DNA of 64,000 bases from Camelus dromedarius (Eukaryota). Below are positions 40,487 through 53,805 of the stretch, one piece after another. Numbering within the stretch: position 1 is the first letter of the stretch; each line of letters opens with the position of its first letter. The position numbers and the translations under genes are program-made. Location: positions 47,618,001 through 47,682,000 of the forward strand of contig NC_087447.1 in the NCBI RefSeq assembly GCF_036321535.1, in the 5' to 3' direction. The notes beneath the pieces are model-generated. The model was not told the origin of the DNA and did not search any database. It was given only the letters and a program-made list of their open reading frames with translations.

Positions 40487-41960
40487 TTTTTTTACATTTA
40501 TGTTGAGATATAATTAACATGACATTGTGTAAGTTTAAGATGTACCATGAGTTAATTTGATATATTATGTATCACAAAATGATCACTGCCATAGAATTAG
40601 CTAACACTTTCATACTGTTACATAATTGGTTTTTTTGGTGGTGAGAACATTTAAGATCTACTCACTTAGCAACTTTCAAGTACATACATATTATTAGCTA
40701 TAATCAACATTAGTACCTCAGACCACTGAAATTTATTCTTCTTATACCTGGAACATTGTGTCCTTTGATTAATCCTTCCCCATTTCCCCCACCATCTAGG
40801 CCATGGCAACTACCATTCTACTCTGTTTTCATGAGTTTGGCTTTTTTAGATTCCACATATAAGTGATATCATACGGTATTTGTCTTTCTCTTTCTGATTG
40901 ATTTTACTTAGCATAAATGCCTCAAGGTTCATCCAAGTTGTCACAAATGGTAGAAGTTCCTTGATTCTCATGGCTCAATACTATTGTATTGTGTATAAAT
41001 GTGACACTTTATCCATGCATCCATCAGTAGATACTTAGGCTGTTTCCATATCTTGGCCATTGTGAATAATCTAGAGTGAACATGGAGGTACAAATAAACC
41101 TTTGAGATCCTGTTTTCTTTGGATATATACCCAGAAGTGGGATTGCTGGATTATATGGTATTTCTAGTTTTAATTTTTTGAGGAAGCTCCACACTGTTGT
41201 CTATAGTAGCTGTACTAATTTATATTCCCACCAACAGTTCACAAGGGCTCCCTTTTCTCCACATCCTCACCAATACTTGTTTTCTCTTACATTTTTGATG
41301 GTGGCCATCCTAATGCGTGTGAGATAATATCTCATTGTGGTTTTGATTTGATTTGCAATTCCCTGATGATTAGTGATGTTGAGCACCTTTTCATGTATCT
41401 GTTGGCCATTTGTATGTCTTCTTTGGAAAAACGTCTATTCAGTTCTTCTGCCCATTTTTTAACTGAGTCTTTTGTTTTTGTTTTTTTGTTATTGAATTGC
41501 ATGATTTCTTTATATATTTTGGATGTTAACCTCTTATCTTATATATGATTTACAATATTTTCTCCCATTCCATAGGCTGCCTTTTCATTTTATTGATGGT
41601 TTCTTTTGCTGTGCAGAAGCTTTTTAGTTTGAGGTAGTCCTACTTATTTTGTCTTTGTTTTTGTAGCTTGTGCTTTGGGTGTCGTATCTAAAAAATCACT
41701 GCCAAGACCAACGTGAAGCAGTTTTCTCCTGTGTTTTCTTCTGGAGGTTATATGACTTTAAGTCTTATGTTTAAGTCTTTAATCCATTTTGAGTTAATTA
41801 TTGTGAGTGGTATAACGCAGAGGTCAAATTTCATCCTTTTGCATATAGTTATCCAGTTTTCTCAACACCATCTATTGAAGAGACCACCCTTTCCCCATTG
41901 AGTATTTTTGGCTCCCTTGTCAAATATTAGTTGACCTTTATAAATGAGAGTATATTTCTC
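40487..41960 (-). mobile_element. LINE-1 (L1MA-like) 3' 1.5 kb; older L1 piece at ~40265-40460
   Basis: 3'UTR and antisense ORF2 shadows (41348..41548, 41713..41901). Confidence 0.9.
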
Positions 41961-42098
41961 TCTTTTAAACTGAATTTGTAGCTTTTCCTTATTTCTTTTA
42001 GGATGTTTTGATTTTTCTCATGGATTTATAAGAACACTTTTTAACTCCTACATTATCATCTACTTTGTCAGATATTTAGAAGCAGTACAGATGGTGGT

Positions 42099-42725
42099 TG
42101 TGGTGGAAACTATTTGTTGTCCACCTAAATCTGTTCTCCCTTTCTTCCTGGGCATATGGTGGGACTGGACTTCCTAGCTTCCCCTGCTGTTAGGTATGGC
42201 CAAGTGACTAAGTTCTCTCTAGTACAATGTGAGCAGGAGTAATAATATGCCACTTTCAGTACTAGGTCTTAAGAGAATGGTATGTCTTTTCCATGTTCTC
42301 TTTCCTCTACCCACTGGGTAGAACGTAAATAAGTTATGAGGCAGGTTTGGTTAAGCTGCTGATTTGAGAAAATGATAGAGCCATTTTGCTACTTGGATAG
42401 TTGAATAATTTCATGAGGTAGAACCTACTTTCTATTGTGAATTACTGGATGAGAAATAATTAGTATCTACCTTGTTAGAGCCATTACATTTTGGGTCTCT
42501 ATTTTAGTTATTTAGTCTTTATCCTAATTAATACAGAATTAGTATGTTGTAGTGGGATGTTACTGTAACAAAGAAACTAATATAGGTAGCATCCGCTAAG
42601 CGGCAGAATAGCAAGCAGTGAGGAAACAATGCTGCATATTGTTATACCATGGCAAAACATCAGGTGATATTGTTGCCTGTGATAACATGGACAGCAGATC
42701 GGGGTTATAGATCATTCAGTTCTAG
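42099..42725 (+). mobile_element. Old MaLR LTR (MLT1H/I/J-like) plus start of the internal region
   Basis: TTAGGTATGGCCAAGTGACTAAGTTCT motif; LTR end TAATACA at ~42534, followed by MLT-int-like AGTGGGATGTTACTGTAACAAA. Confidence 0.7.
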
Positions 42726-43717
42726 GACACAGTTTCTCAATCTTGGCACTTTGACTTATATGTAAAGCACTTCACTACAAGGCTTGGCATCTAGCTCAGT
42801 ATTACCTATCATTATTATTGTATGACACATTTTAAAATATTGGGACTGTCAAATCTATCTGGAGATTTCCATATAGTGTCTATCTTTGCTAGAATACTTA
42901 AAAAAATCTCCTCACACTAAGATCAGATAAGTCTTCACTCATGTTTTTCTCTATTACATTTATCTTTCATAAATCTAAAATTTGGCCTGGTATTACATAG
43001 GGATCAAAAAAATTTTTTTTCTAGAGAGCCTCAACATCAGTACCTTTATAATCTGTTATTTTCCCACTGGTATGAAATCTACCTTTTCCGAATTTGTTTA
43101 TAAGTTCTTAACATCTAACTGAGATCAATCATGCTTGCTGAGGAAATGAGGCTACAGTTCATCAGGACAGCAGATTAAGTTCTTACCCCATAAAGCTAAG
43201 GGAAAATTCTATTTGACAGAATACTATAAAAAACATATTCTTTCACTTAAAAGATAACTTTCTGAAACTACACATTGATGGCACTCTCAACAGACACACT
43301 TTAGAGCATTTTTATTTTTGGTAAGAAACAAACAAAAAAAATCCCTAAATCTTTATGGTATGTCTGCACATGTCTTAATGAAGATAAAGTTAGGGAGGAA
43401 GAGCACCCATTAGTTTAACGCTTGGAAACTCCCTAGATACTTTCATTTATATTGGTTTTGCTTGGTCACTCACGTAAAGTAACTCTCTCTTCCCTATTTT
43501 AATGTCAGAAAGATATATGAGGTTTGTAACGGAAAACACTAATCTAATATTAGCCTTCAGTACTTTTAGAGCAAAAACAATTCCATATACTTTCTGTTAA
43601 TTTGTGTTCACCAACTTCAGCTATTCTGGTATTAAAATTTGGTTAGATACATAAGATTTTATTAATATAGCTAATACATTAAGTTATGTTGATAAGTGGA
43701 AGATAAGGGGAAGAGTA

Positions 43718-43846
43718 TCACACATAAGTGATAATATACAGTATTTGTCTTTTTTCTGACTTATTTCACTAAACACAATACCCTCGAGGTCTATACACAC
43801 TGTTGCAAATGGCTGAATTTCATTTTTTTATGGCTGAGTAATATTG

Positions 43847-43888
<42 letters not shown>

Positions 43889-44988
43889 TCTTTATGTTCT
43901 TTATGTCTGCTGATGAACACTTAGGTTATGTTCTATATCTTGGGCATTATAAATAATGCTGCTATGAACACTGGGATGCGTATCTTTTTTTGAATTAGTA
44001 TTTTCATTTTCTTTGGATATATACCCAGCAGTGGAATTGCTAGATCATAAGGTAGCTCTATTTTTAGTTTGTTGAGGAACCTTCAAAATGTTTTCCATAG
44101 TGATTGCACCAATTTACATTTCCATTAACAGTGTACTAGGGTTCCTTTTCTCCAGATCCTCGCCAACATTTGTTATTTGTGGTCTTTTTCATGATAGCCA
44201 TTTGACAGGTATGAGGTGATATCTCATTGTGGTTTTGATTTACATTTCTCTTTCTCTGATGATTAGCAATGCTGAGCATTTTTTTTCATGTGCCTATTGG
44301 CCGTCTGTGTATCTTCTTTGGAAAAATGTCTATTCAGGTCTTCTGCTCATTTTTAAATAAGATTATTTTTTGGCATTAAGTTGTATGAGCTGTTTATATA
44401 TTTTGGATATTGGTCATATCATTTGCAAATATTTTTTCCCATTTAATAGGTTGTATTTTCATTTTGTCCGTGGTTTCCTTTGCTGTGCAAAGCTTTTAAG
44501 TTTAATTAAGTTCTGTTTGTTTATTTATGCTTTTGTTTCTTTTGCCTTAGGAGGCAGATTCAAAAAATGTTGCTGTGATTTATGTCAAAGAGTGTTCTGC
44601 TTATGTTCTCTTTTACGAGTTTTATGGTTTCAGGTCTTACATTTAGGTTTTTAATCCACTTTGAGTTTATTTTTGTATATAGTGTTAGAGAATGTTCTAA
44701 TTTCATTCTTTGACATGTAGCTGTCCAGTTTTCCCAGCACCACTTACTGAAGAGATTGTCTTTGTCTCCATTGTATATTCTTACCTCCTATGTCATAGAT
44801 TGACCATATGACCATATGTGTGTGGGTTTATTTCTGGGCTCTCTATTCTGTTCTCTCTACACTGATCAATGTGCCAATTTGTGTACCAGTACCATGCTGT
44901 TGAGACTACTGTAGCTTTGTAAAACAGTTTGAAGTGAGGGAGCATGATACCTCCAGCTTTTTCTTTTTTTCTCAAGATTGCTTTTGCT
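43718..44988 (-). mobile_element. LINE-1 ORF2 C-terminal fragment lacking its 3'UTR and tail; contains (TG)17 at 43852-43885
   Basis: ORF2 translation 44793..44975; L1 similarity stops abruptly near the ORF2 stop. Confidence 0.88.
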
Positions 44989-46245
44989 CCTCATTTATTG
45001 TTGACCCTTTATCCAAAGACATCCAATTAAGCTCTTAAGGCAGAATATTCAATCGCCTGTTGATCCTGTCCGTAGGAGGGTGTAAACAATAGATCACCAT
45101 GATCTGATTTACATTTTTAAGAAATTACTTTGAAAAAGTCTAGAATGAAGATCATCTAGGGAAAGCTTAGAATTCCATTAAAAAATTCTATTTTAGAACT
45201 ATTGTTTCCAAATTATGTTTCAAGGAACCCTAGCACTCAGCATAATGCCTCAGGAACCAAGGAAAAGAAGTAGAGGATGACTATGCAAGTATGTCATATG
45301 GGGAAAGAGGCTCACAAGCTCTAACCAATCAGCTTCCCTTTTATCTGTTTTGCATGTAAGAATTCCATGTAGGTGTTTGTAGTAGTTCAAATGCTAAAAA
45401 TATTTAAACATCACTGCTTTAGAAGTTTGGTAAAAATAGGTAAGAAGTATACTAATTTTCTCTTTTTGTGTCACAGGGAGCCAACCATAATATAAACCAA
45501 TATACCAGGGGAAAGGATCTATTATCACCTCATATTCTATATATCCTTTAAAGGCTGCTCCAGAGATTTATAACCTTTTTATTTCTGGCTTACTATTGTT
45601 ATGAATCATGGCCAATTCATTTCTATTTGAACACCATGCCTATCACCTAATGTACACTCAAACACTTGCTGAGTTTAATATGACATACAAACAATGTTAA
45701 AAGGTATAATAAAAAGTGCTGTAACACAATCTAGCACTCTTTGGTAAAGCTGTTAATTGATACCACTCCTAGGTATGTCCCCTTAAGAAATTCTTGCATT
45801 AATACACCAAGAGACATGTACAAGAATGTTGATGGCAGCATTGCTTATAAGAGTAAAACAGAAACAACTAACAATTCAATTAAGAAAATGGATAAGCAAT
45901 TTATGATATATAGACAAATACTAAATAGCAAAATGATAAGAAACTCAAGTCAAAAATCCATACTGATGAATTTCAACAAATAAAATGTCTAGTGGGAAAA
46001 AAGTAAGTTGCAGAATATTACAGGGTACAATACCACCTAAGACAATACAATATATTGTCAGAGTGGTGGTTGCAATGTGGTGCATGAGAGAGATGTTTGG
46101 GAGTAGTCACACTGGAGGCTTCCATTTTACTAGTAGTGTTTCATTTCTGAAGCTGAGCTGTGAGATAATGGGTATTCATTTAATTATTTTTTGAATGTAT
46201 TTATAGATTTAGAAAATTTCATATATAGTTTTAAAAGTTCTATAC

Positions 46246-46431
46246 CAAGAGTTGGCAATTAAGACCTGTAGGCCAAATCCAGCCTAACGTTTATTTTTAT
46301 AAATAAAGTTTTACTGGAACACAGCCATTCAGTACTGGACTGTACTACAACATCAGAGTTGAGTGGCTGTGACAAAAAAGCCTAAAGTATTTACTATGAG
46401 TCCCTTTACAGAAAATGTCTGCCAACCCTTT
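46246..46431. mobile_element. hAT-Charlie MITE (MER58-like)
   Basis: Inverted termini GAGTTGGCAA / TGCCAACCC; AATAAAGTTTTACTGGAACACAGCCA motif. Confidence 0.82.
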
Positions 46432-46596
46432 GTTCAATTTCAAAGTATAGAGTGAAAATGACGGAGCAATTAATTCTGAAATAACACAAAAATAATCACA
46501 GTTGTGGTTACTGAGGGAAAAGATCAGCAGGGTTACTGACAGCCAGATAAAGGAGGATGGGAGAGAAACAAGTAAAAACTAAACAAGCTGTAGACC

Positions 46597-46795
46597 ACTT
46601 ATGTCCAACAAAACTTTCTGTGATGATGGAAATATTCTATATCTACACCATTCTATATGGTAGCCACTAGCCACATTGCTTTTGAACACTTGAAATGTGG
46701 CTACTATGACAGAAGAACAGAATTTAAAATTTTATTTATTTTTAATTATTTCAAATAGTCACATATACTTAAAGACTACCACATTTGACAGTGTA
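46597..46795. mobile_element. hAT-Charlie MITE (MER3-like)
   Basis: ACTTTCTGTGATGATGGAAAT...GTAGCCACTAGCCACAT...TTGAAATGTGGCTA. Confidence 0.82.
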
Positions 46796-48949
46796 CCTTT
46801 AGAGCTTTGAAAGCTAGATGGACAGCAGTTGTCACCTGAAACCTAGGCTGGGGTGCTTATTCAAGGAAACAATGGGAAACAAAGAGTTGCCTCTAGTTAA
46901 GAAAGTTTCAGTCACTGATGGAAAGGTAAATATATGGATAACTGTAAGGGCAAGTTTACATACAGATTTGAGAATCATATACTATTAATAAAAACTAGGC
47001 CAAATGATTACTCTCTCCAAGAAAGAGTATGTAAAGTAAGAGAAGCAGAGAGCCAATCTTGAGATTTGGGGACTTTCATGCTAATTTGTTAAGTGAACCA
47101 GCAATACTAGATGAATCAGAAGGAGAACAGCTAGAGCGATGGCAGGGAAACCAGAAGAATTATGACTGAAAATCAAAAAGATGAGAGTTACAAATCTTAT
47201 ATGAGAATAAGGGAGACTTTTGGAATAATTAGTGCTTAGCCAGAAAAGCCTTAAAAATAAGGGGCTTGGATACTAATAATGAATTTATCTTCATTTAACC
47301 AAGACAAATGTCTATAAAAGATATGTTATATTTTCTGTATTTCTATCACATATAAAAATGTTCACCTTTTATTATGTTGTCCAATTATCAACTATGCCAC
47401 ATATGTTCAGCTCCACAATAAATATTTATCTAGAAAAGCAGTCCTAGTATTAAGCACTCAGCATAATGCCTCAGGAACCAAGTATTAAGTATTCAAGTCT
47501 TTCATTAGTTTGACATTTATTTCTTTTTATACTATGGTATATTGTACTTCATCCTTCCTCATCCAAACCACTAAGAAAATATTCCACAAACTTCTAAAAG
47601 TTAAAATATCAGTTTATATATTGGACAAAAAAATGCTACAGAAAAGGAACTTTTTGAGGAACAAACTACCGTACTTCCCAGCAGTCAGATGATTGCTTTC
47701 TATAGCTTTTATGAAATCAGTTGTCTAGTTTCCATGGCTTAGCAGTAGCTTTTGTTTGTTTGTTTTAGTGTGGAGTTCAAAAAAACCTGCCTATACAGAC
47801 ACAGAGTAATATATTTAGTATCTGCTCTAATCAGTACTGGCATAAGGAATACAAAATACCCCTTGGGGAATCTGTCTAAATACCTTTATTTAAATACTGA
47901 CATGATCTTACTTTTTAGGATAATTAGAACAGGGGAGAATTTGCAATTTTCAATTGTTAATTTTATTTTACACTTCTCTCAGAATTTATGACATTCACAG
48001 TGTGCTACTGCTTATTATACTAAACTTCACCATCAAGAAGATGAACACAGTATGAAATGTGGGAAAGAATACAGGCTTTGAAGTTAGAGACCTTGATTTA
48101 AGTCTTGGCTATTATACATATCTACTGAACTGCACTGAGCCTCCACTATCTGACCTGTAAAAAAGGAGTAATGATATTTACCTTAAGGGATGTTATGAAA
48201 ACTAAATGCAAAAATGTAGTTTAAGGTAACTAGACAGAGAATTTAGCAATGTTAGATACTGAAACAGTTGCTCCACTCTCACTCCCAAGCCTTCGACATC
48301 TCTTCTACACTCCCCCCTTCACCCCTAAAAAAGAAATTTATTTAAAATATAATAATAGAATTTGTTATTTAATAGGATAATATATAACTTGTACACTAAG
48401 CTTAAAAATTAACAAAAACACTTCATTATTTCATTCGCTCCTCACAGAAGCCAAAGAAGATAAGATAGTGTAGGATTATCCCACATTTAACAAGGGAAGA
48501 GGGAATAAGTCCAACAAGCTGATGTCATATAAAGAGCTAATGGCACCAGCTCTGACAGCAGAGAGACATGTCAGAGTTGAATCCAGGCTTTGTCATAATT
48601 TCCTCATTTGTAAAATGGGGATGATTCATTCTGCAAGGATTAAAATGAGACTGATTGTTTATTCATTCATTCATTCATTCATCAATAAGTATTAATTCAC
48701 AAATACTTAGCACATATTAGGAATCATACACTACTAAGTAGCAAGGATGAAGTCTCAAGTGATACAGACACAATCACTGTCTTCAAGGAATATACAGTTA
48801 AGTGAGAGATAAGGCATTATCATGTAATCACACTGATACAGGTAAAACTACAACCATGTTAAGTACTTCAAAGATGAGATAAATCATTTTATGAGACCAT
48901 CAGACTGCGTGGGAGACGTAACTGGGTTAAGGAGATCATGAAAGTCTTC

Positions 48950-49800
48950 CTCAGAAAACAACACAAGGGATGTGAAGAAATGATGAAGGGAGCAAAGAAG
49001 GAGTTTTGACCATCTCACAAGAAGAGATTTAAAGATACTGAATTAACAGTTTCCCCTACAAATGATCCACCAGAATACCCTATAGTGAAACTCAAAGTTG
49101 ACAAGTCCCACCCACAGGCTAAAAGAGAGACTATTCAAGGAAAAGAAAACTTTAAAATAAATTCTATTACTGAGACCATCAGAATTAAAAAGAGAAGATA
49201 AAGCACAAAACCTGTTATGAAAAAGGAACATTCAGGGAACAAACGGATACTAAAACCAAGTAGAAAAAATTAAAAACTTAATAAAAGAGTTGAACTGTAA
49301 GGCTGAAGAAGTGTCCCAGACAGTAGAGCATAATGTCAAGGGACAATAATAGAAAAAAAGAAACTTAAAGAACTAGGCCAGGAGATTCAACATCTTAATA
49401 AAAGGAGTACCAGAAAGAAAAAACAAGAGGGAAGAATTAATCAAGAATTAAAAGGCGTACTGAGAATATTTCAAAAGCTTCTAAAAAGAAAAAAACACTA
49501 GATCAGATATGCAGAATAAAGAATACTTACATAGGAAACAAGAAAACAAGGAGAATTGTCTTTAACATTTGAATAAAAATGATTTTCAACCTTTAATTCT
49601 ACACCCAAGTATGAGCACAGAAAAATGAAAATTTCCTAAACATAGTATCTCGAAAAACTTACCTCCCATGCACACTCTCTCAAGAAAGTATTGGAGGATG
49701 TACTCCACCAAAAAACAGAGTAAGCCAGGAAAGAAGAAGAGAAGACATGATACAGACAACTGGAGAGTCATCATAGGAAAGAGGCATAGGAAGATGTGAG
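48950..49800 (+). mobile_element. Decayed L1ME/HAL1-like ORF1 fragment; MIR/L2 relics to the left (48040-48950)
   Basis: A-rich; motif AATGATTTTCAACCTTTAATTCTACACCCAAG. Confidence 0.6.
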
Positions 49801-52622
49801 AATTACTGCATTATAAGGAATGGCAGGAGGCAATTAGATTAGAGGGGTGTGACAAGACAGACAAATATGAGGAGGGCTGTCATCACTAAGATTCCATCAC
49901 TAAGACATCTTTGGAGGAGTCTTGAAGAGAGAGATGAAGCCTGTAATGGAACATTAATATAGTTCCCTTTTAATGGCTTCTATTTTCTCTGAAAATTAGG
50001 AAGAAAAACTCCTTGCTAAGTATGAAAGAGAAGGGGTAAGTCTGAGTCTTGAGAAGGGAAAAGTTGAAAAATTATTGAAAATAGAGAAAGTTAACCAGGT
50101 AAATACAGTAGGATACCTGAGCAGTGTTGAGGGTCCATTTGATACCAGTTTCATATTAATTTACGATCATTAATCTGCTCTGTTGAAAGATTTTCTTTAA
50201 CAGTGCTTGGTTACTTAGATGCAGGTAAAGAGAGAGTGGTTGGGATTTCATTTCATTTCATTTTATTTCCAAGCTAGAGTGTAATTTAAATAATGAACTA
50301 TACACTCTAACCAGGATAAAGAAGAAAATGAGTAAGGATAATACGCCTAAAGTGATTAGGATAATGCTAGGATAATATCAAGCAATCAAAAAAAAAAAAA
50401 AAGGTAGCTGTTATTATTACTCACCACTGTCCACTGGCAGTAAGTGATTTCATTATTCTGATTTGTAATCATTTCTATATATCTCTCTCTTTGACCAGAT
50501 TGAGCTCTTTGAGGATAAGGAGAGTGTCTTGCTCATTTTTGCTTCTTCCCAAAGCCTAGCACAGTAGCTACCACACTATCAGTGACTATTAAATGTATAA
50601 GATTAAATCAGTGACTCAAATCTCCTGCTTCCAAGCTACTCATCTAATTTAAATTAAAAAAAAAAAAAAAGATTCTCGTTAGAACATTATAACCTTAACA
50701 AAAATCCAGGAAACAGACTTTACCAAAAGAGATACTAAAGGCCACTGTCAATTTTATGATAGAAGTTTACTGAGTAGCTATCATCATGATATATATATAT
50801 TTTTTGATTCACATACAGCTAACATTATGATTGATGGGAGTTTTCCAATAGTGTCCAGACTACAGAATTTGCATGAGAAAAAAATGAATTAACACACTCA
50901 ACATGAAAACTGAGAATACATTTTCCTATTTTTAATGGACAGGAGGGACTCTTGCCTCTATTTTTGAAACCATTTAAGTACCCTATAATGTTTCATGAAA
51001 CAAGTAACCTGAAGCATAAGCTACCCAATGATGGCCAAATATCTAAGTGCATGAGAACTTCAAAGAAAATTTAAGGTTCCATATTCTAAGAGCCCATTAA
51101 CCTCCTTATTGCTTCTGTCAGGGGGCAGATCCCCCAAATAAGACTGAATCTTTCCCGGTTTAAAAAAGGTCATAGGATTTTAGCTAAGAGATCTTTTTTG
51201 GCTGTGGATTCAATTTAAAAAGCACAAAGATTTTATTTTTGTTCCCGTTTAAACTAATGTTCATTTTAAAGCATTCAAAGGGGAAAAACACAGTTAACAG
51301 CTTTGATTTAATAGTGACAGTATATGGGAAATTACAAACTTAAATGGAAGCTATACTAAAAATCTTCTTTAATAAACAAGTTCTTCAAAACTGAGTATGT
51401 GTACTTCCCTGAAGAAACTATGTTATTATAAGAGGCCAAGTCTCCAGTTGGTCCTTGTAAGTCTGAAGCACTATGTAACACCTAATAAGATACTGAAGTG
51501 CCTAAACCTCTAGGGCCAACATTTTATGGAAAAATGTAATGCAGAGTTCTCGTCTGGGATGTCAAAACAATCCCTTGGCTCTCTCACCACCATGTATTCT
51601 AGCAGAAGTCAGAAAAGGATAGAAGCCAGGAAAAGGGGATTTCAGATAGTAAACAGAACGGAAATAAAAGGTTTTTCAGCAGGATACTTCTTAGTTCAGT
51701 TTTACTCTCTCCATACCTCAGTTTTTCCTTAAAGGTTTGAAAATGTTCTGTCTTTACTGTAAGGAAAGAACCTGAAGTTTCTGGAAAGTCTATCTCTTTC
51801 CCAGAGCCACTATAGAAAAAAAGTGTCCACTCCTGCTGCACCCCTATTCTCAACATCGCTGATTTGCAAACAAGCAATTCAGTGAAAGCAATGTGTTTGA
51901 CAGTCATTAAGAACAATACATTTGAGAGGGATGGGTTGAAAATAAAGGAGATAGAATAACCAAATGTTTGGGTCCTTGAGACCACAGAAAATGAGATTCA
52001 CTTCAAAGCAGAACTTGTCTACCAGCAATGAGGAGAAACCTGGCAGCAGGTTAAAAAGGTTTTCTTTCCTTTCACCCCTTCTCCTTTACTTGAGTGAAAG
52101 TTAAAGATATCTATAGGTGTATAAACAAGGGTAGACCAAGATCAAGTTTGGGCATACAAGAACTATAACGCAATCTACCTACATTTTACAGCGATACCCA
52201 GGGTAGAGATATATTCATATAACTACTAATTATATTTTCTCTTCTTTTACCCACAGGCACCTCAAAATCATAAAATATTAATGTACAAGTTTACTTATCA
52301 ATTAAAGATAATATGATAAAATTTTAAGAATATAAGCTTTTAAAAATAATCATACATTAATAATCACTATACAGTAAATATCTTCTACTAATAGGGAATA
52401 ATAGAATCTTTTACTGTGGTTTGGCTTTAAACATTTTCTTATACTAAAATTCAGAATTACATGAAACAGAGGTTACCTAAACAATACCAAGTATATTCCA
52501 ACAAAATGCAAAGTAGTGTGGCTGCTATTCCACAGACTCAATCCCATACACCCAACACTCAACCCATGAGTTGTTTTCTCTTTAATGATATAAAATTACC
52601 ACTGATATTAAGGCTGTATTAC

Positions 52623-52751
52623 CTTCATAATGTTAACTAAATCTGTTTGATAGTAGCGATCCTGGTGTGCATTTGCTGCTGCTAATGTAAGAAGATAATC
52701 ATTTCTTGCGTGGGTAGCTTTGGAATTACACTCAGATCTCCGGGCTTTTAA
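52623..52751 (-). CDS. FCHSD2: FCHSD2 internal coding exon (~exon 8): LKARRSECNSKATHARNDYLLTLAAANAHQDRYYQTDLVNIMK
   Basis: Read manually. Acceptor gttttag|TTA, donor AAG|gtaata; 129 nt, phase 0/0; ARNDY motif typical of this F-BAR subfamily. Confidence 0.96.
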
Positions 52752-53490
52752 CTAAAACATAGTAAGAAGGGGAAAAAAGTCAATGCAAACTGATACTACA
52801 CTGAAAAACATATGAAGATATCACTCTTAGTTGGCTTCCCAACAAGAATAAAGATGACCATATGGAGAAACATTTATATGCATATAAAAATTCAACACTA
52901 TCGAAGAATTAAATAAATAGTGACCAGAACTGTTTCACATGGTAAGAGTATTTTCAAATATTTGTTATTTATACTTAACATATTTCCAAAGCTTTTGAGA
53001 GAACTTCAAAATATTTTGCTCATTTTATTCTGATGGGAAAATAGAGGTTCTCAAGTAACTCCCTTATCTTCAAAGTCTTAGGTAAATCTGTTGGAGTCAG
53101 AAAATAGTTTTTAAGAAAACTAAAACCTCTAATATGCCAAAAGAAATGCATCTTAGTTGGGAGCCTGGCAGCCAAAGACAGGTCATTAAGCTTATTCATC
53201 AGGTATTCTACAGCTTGAGGATTCCATAGGAAAAATTCAGTTGCATCTGGCCTAGAATATCTGCTCAGAGGAATAAATATGAATGAATGGATTTTGTAGA
53301 GCCTTCTAAAGCCAATGAACTGTTTAAAGTCTCTTGGATGAATTGTTAAAGAGAGCAGGTTACCTAAGCAGGCTAGGTATAGAAACTTATCTCTAAAGCA
53401 ATCTTGAGAAGCAGACAGTAACCAACAGCTGACACCTAGGTGAAAAACCCCCATGAACTGGGACAAAACGTTCTTCCCTAATGACTTTAA

Positions 53491-53619
53491 TTTGGGGTGG
53501 GGGGGGGGAATTAGGTTTTAGTTATTTATTTCATTTTTCTTAATGGAGGGACTGGGGATTGAACCCAGGACCTCGTGCACGCTAGGCATGCACTCTACCA
53601 CTGAGCTACACCCTACCCC
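53491..53619 (-). mobile_element. tRNA-derived SINE (Vic-1-like), well preserved
   Basis: TAGCTCAGTGGTAGAG A box, GGGTTCAATCCCC B box, retained CpGs; perfect 20-bp direct repeat TTCTTCCCTAATGACTTTAA at 53471-53490 and 53620-53639. Confidence 0.93.
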
Positions 53620-53750
53620 TTCTTCCCTAATGACTTTAAAATGCTTCTCTAAATTAGATGGAAATAATTGAACTGTACCCTCAAAAGGCCCAACTCCTTT
53701 TTTATGAGCTAAGGTTTCTCAATTATGAAATACAGTTTTCAAAAACTCAC

Positions 53751-53805
53751 CTTTACACTTGCCTTCTGTAAACTGATTCTTGATTGAAAAAGACTAAGTT
53801 TAGAT
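53751..53805 (-). CDS. FCHSD2: FCHSD2 internal coding exon (~exon 7): (K)SKLSLFQSRISLQKASVK
   Basis: Read manually (not in the ORF track). Acceptor ttttattttag|A, donor AAG|gtgagt; 55 nt; completes the split Lys codon. Confidence 0.95.

Noticed and set aside
51599..53466. 128-aa and 148-aa minus-strand ORFs flanking the 129-nt exon
   Set aside because: No similarity to FCHSD2 or any family I recognise; intronic chance ORFs.
53540..53615. tRNA gene
   Set aside because: tRNA-like A/B boxes, but followed by a SINE tail, flanked by a TSD and present in three diverged copies, so it is a SINE.
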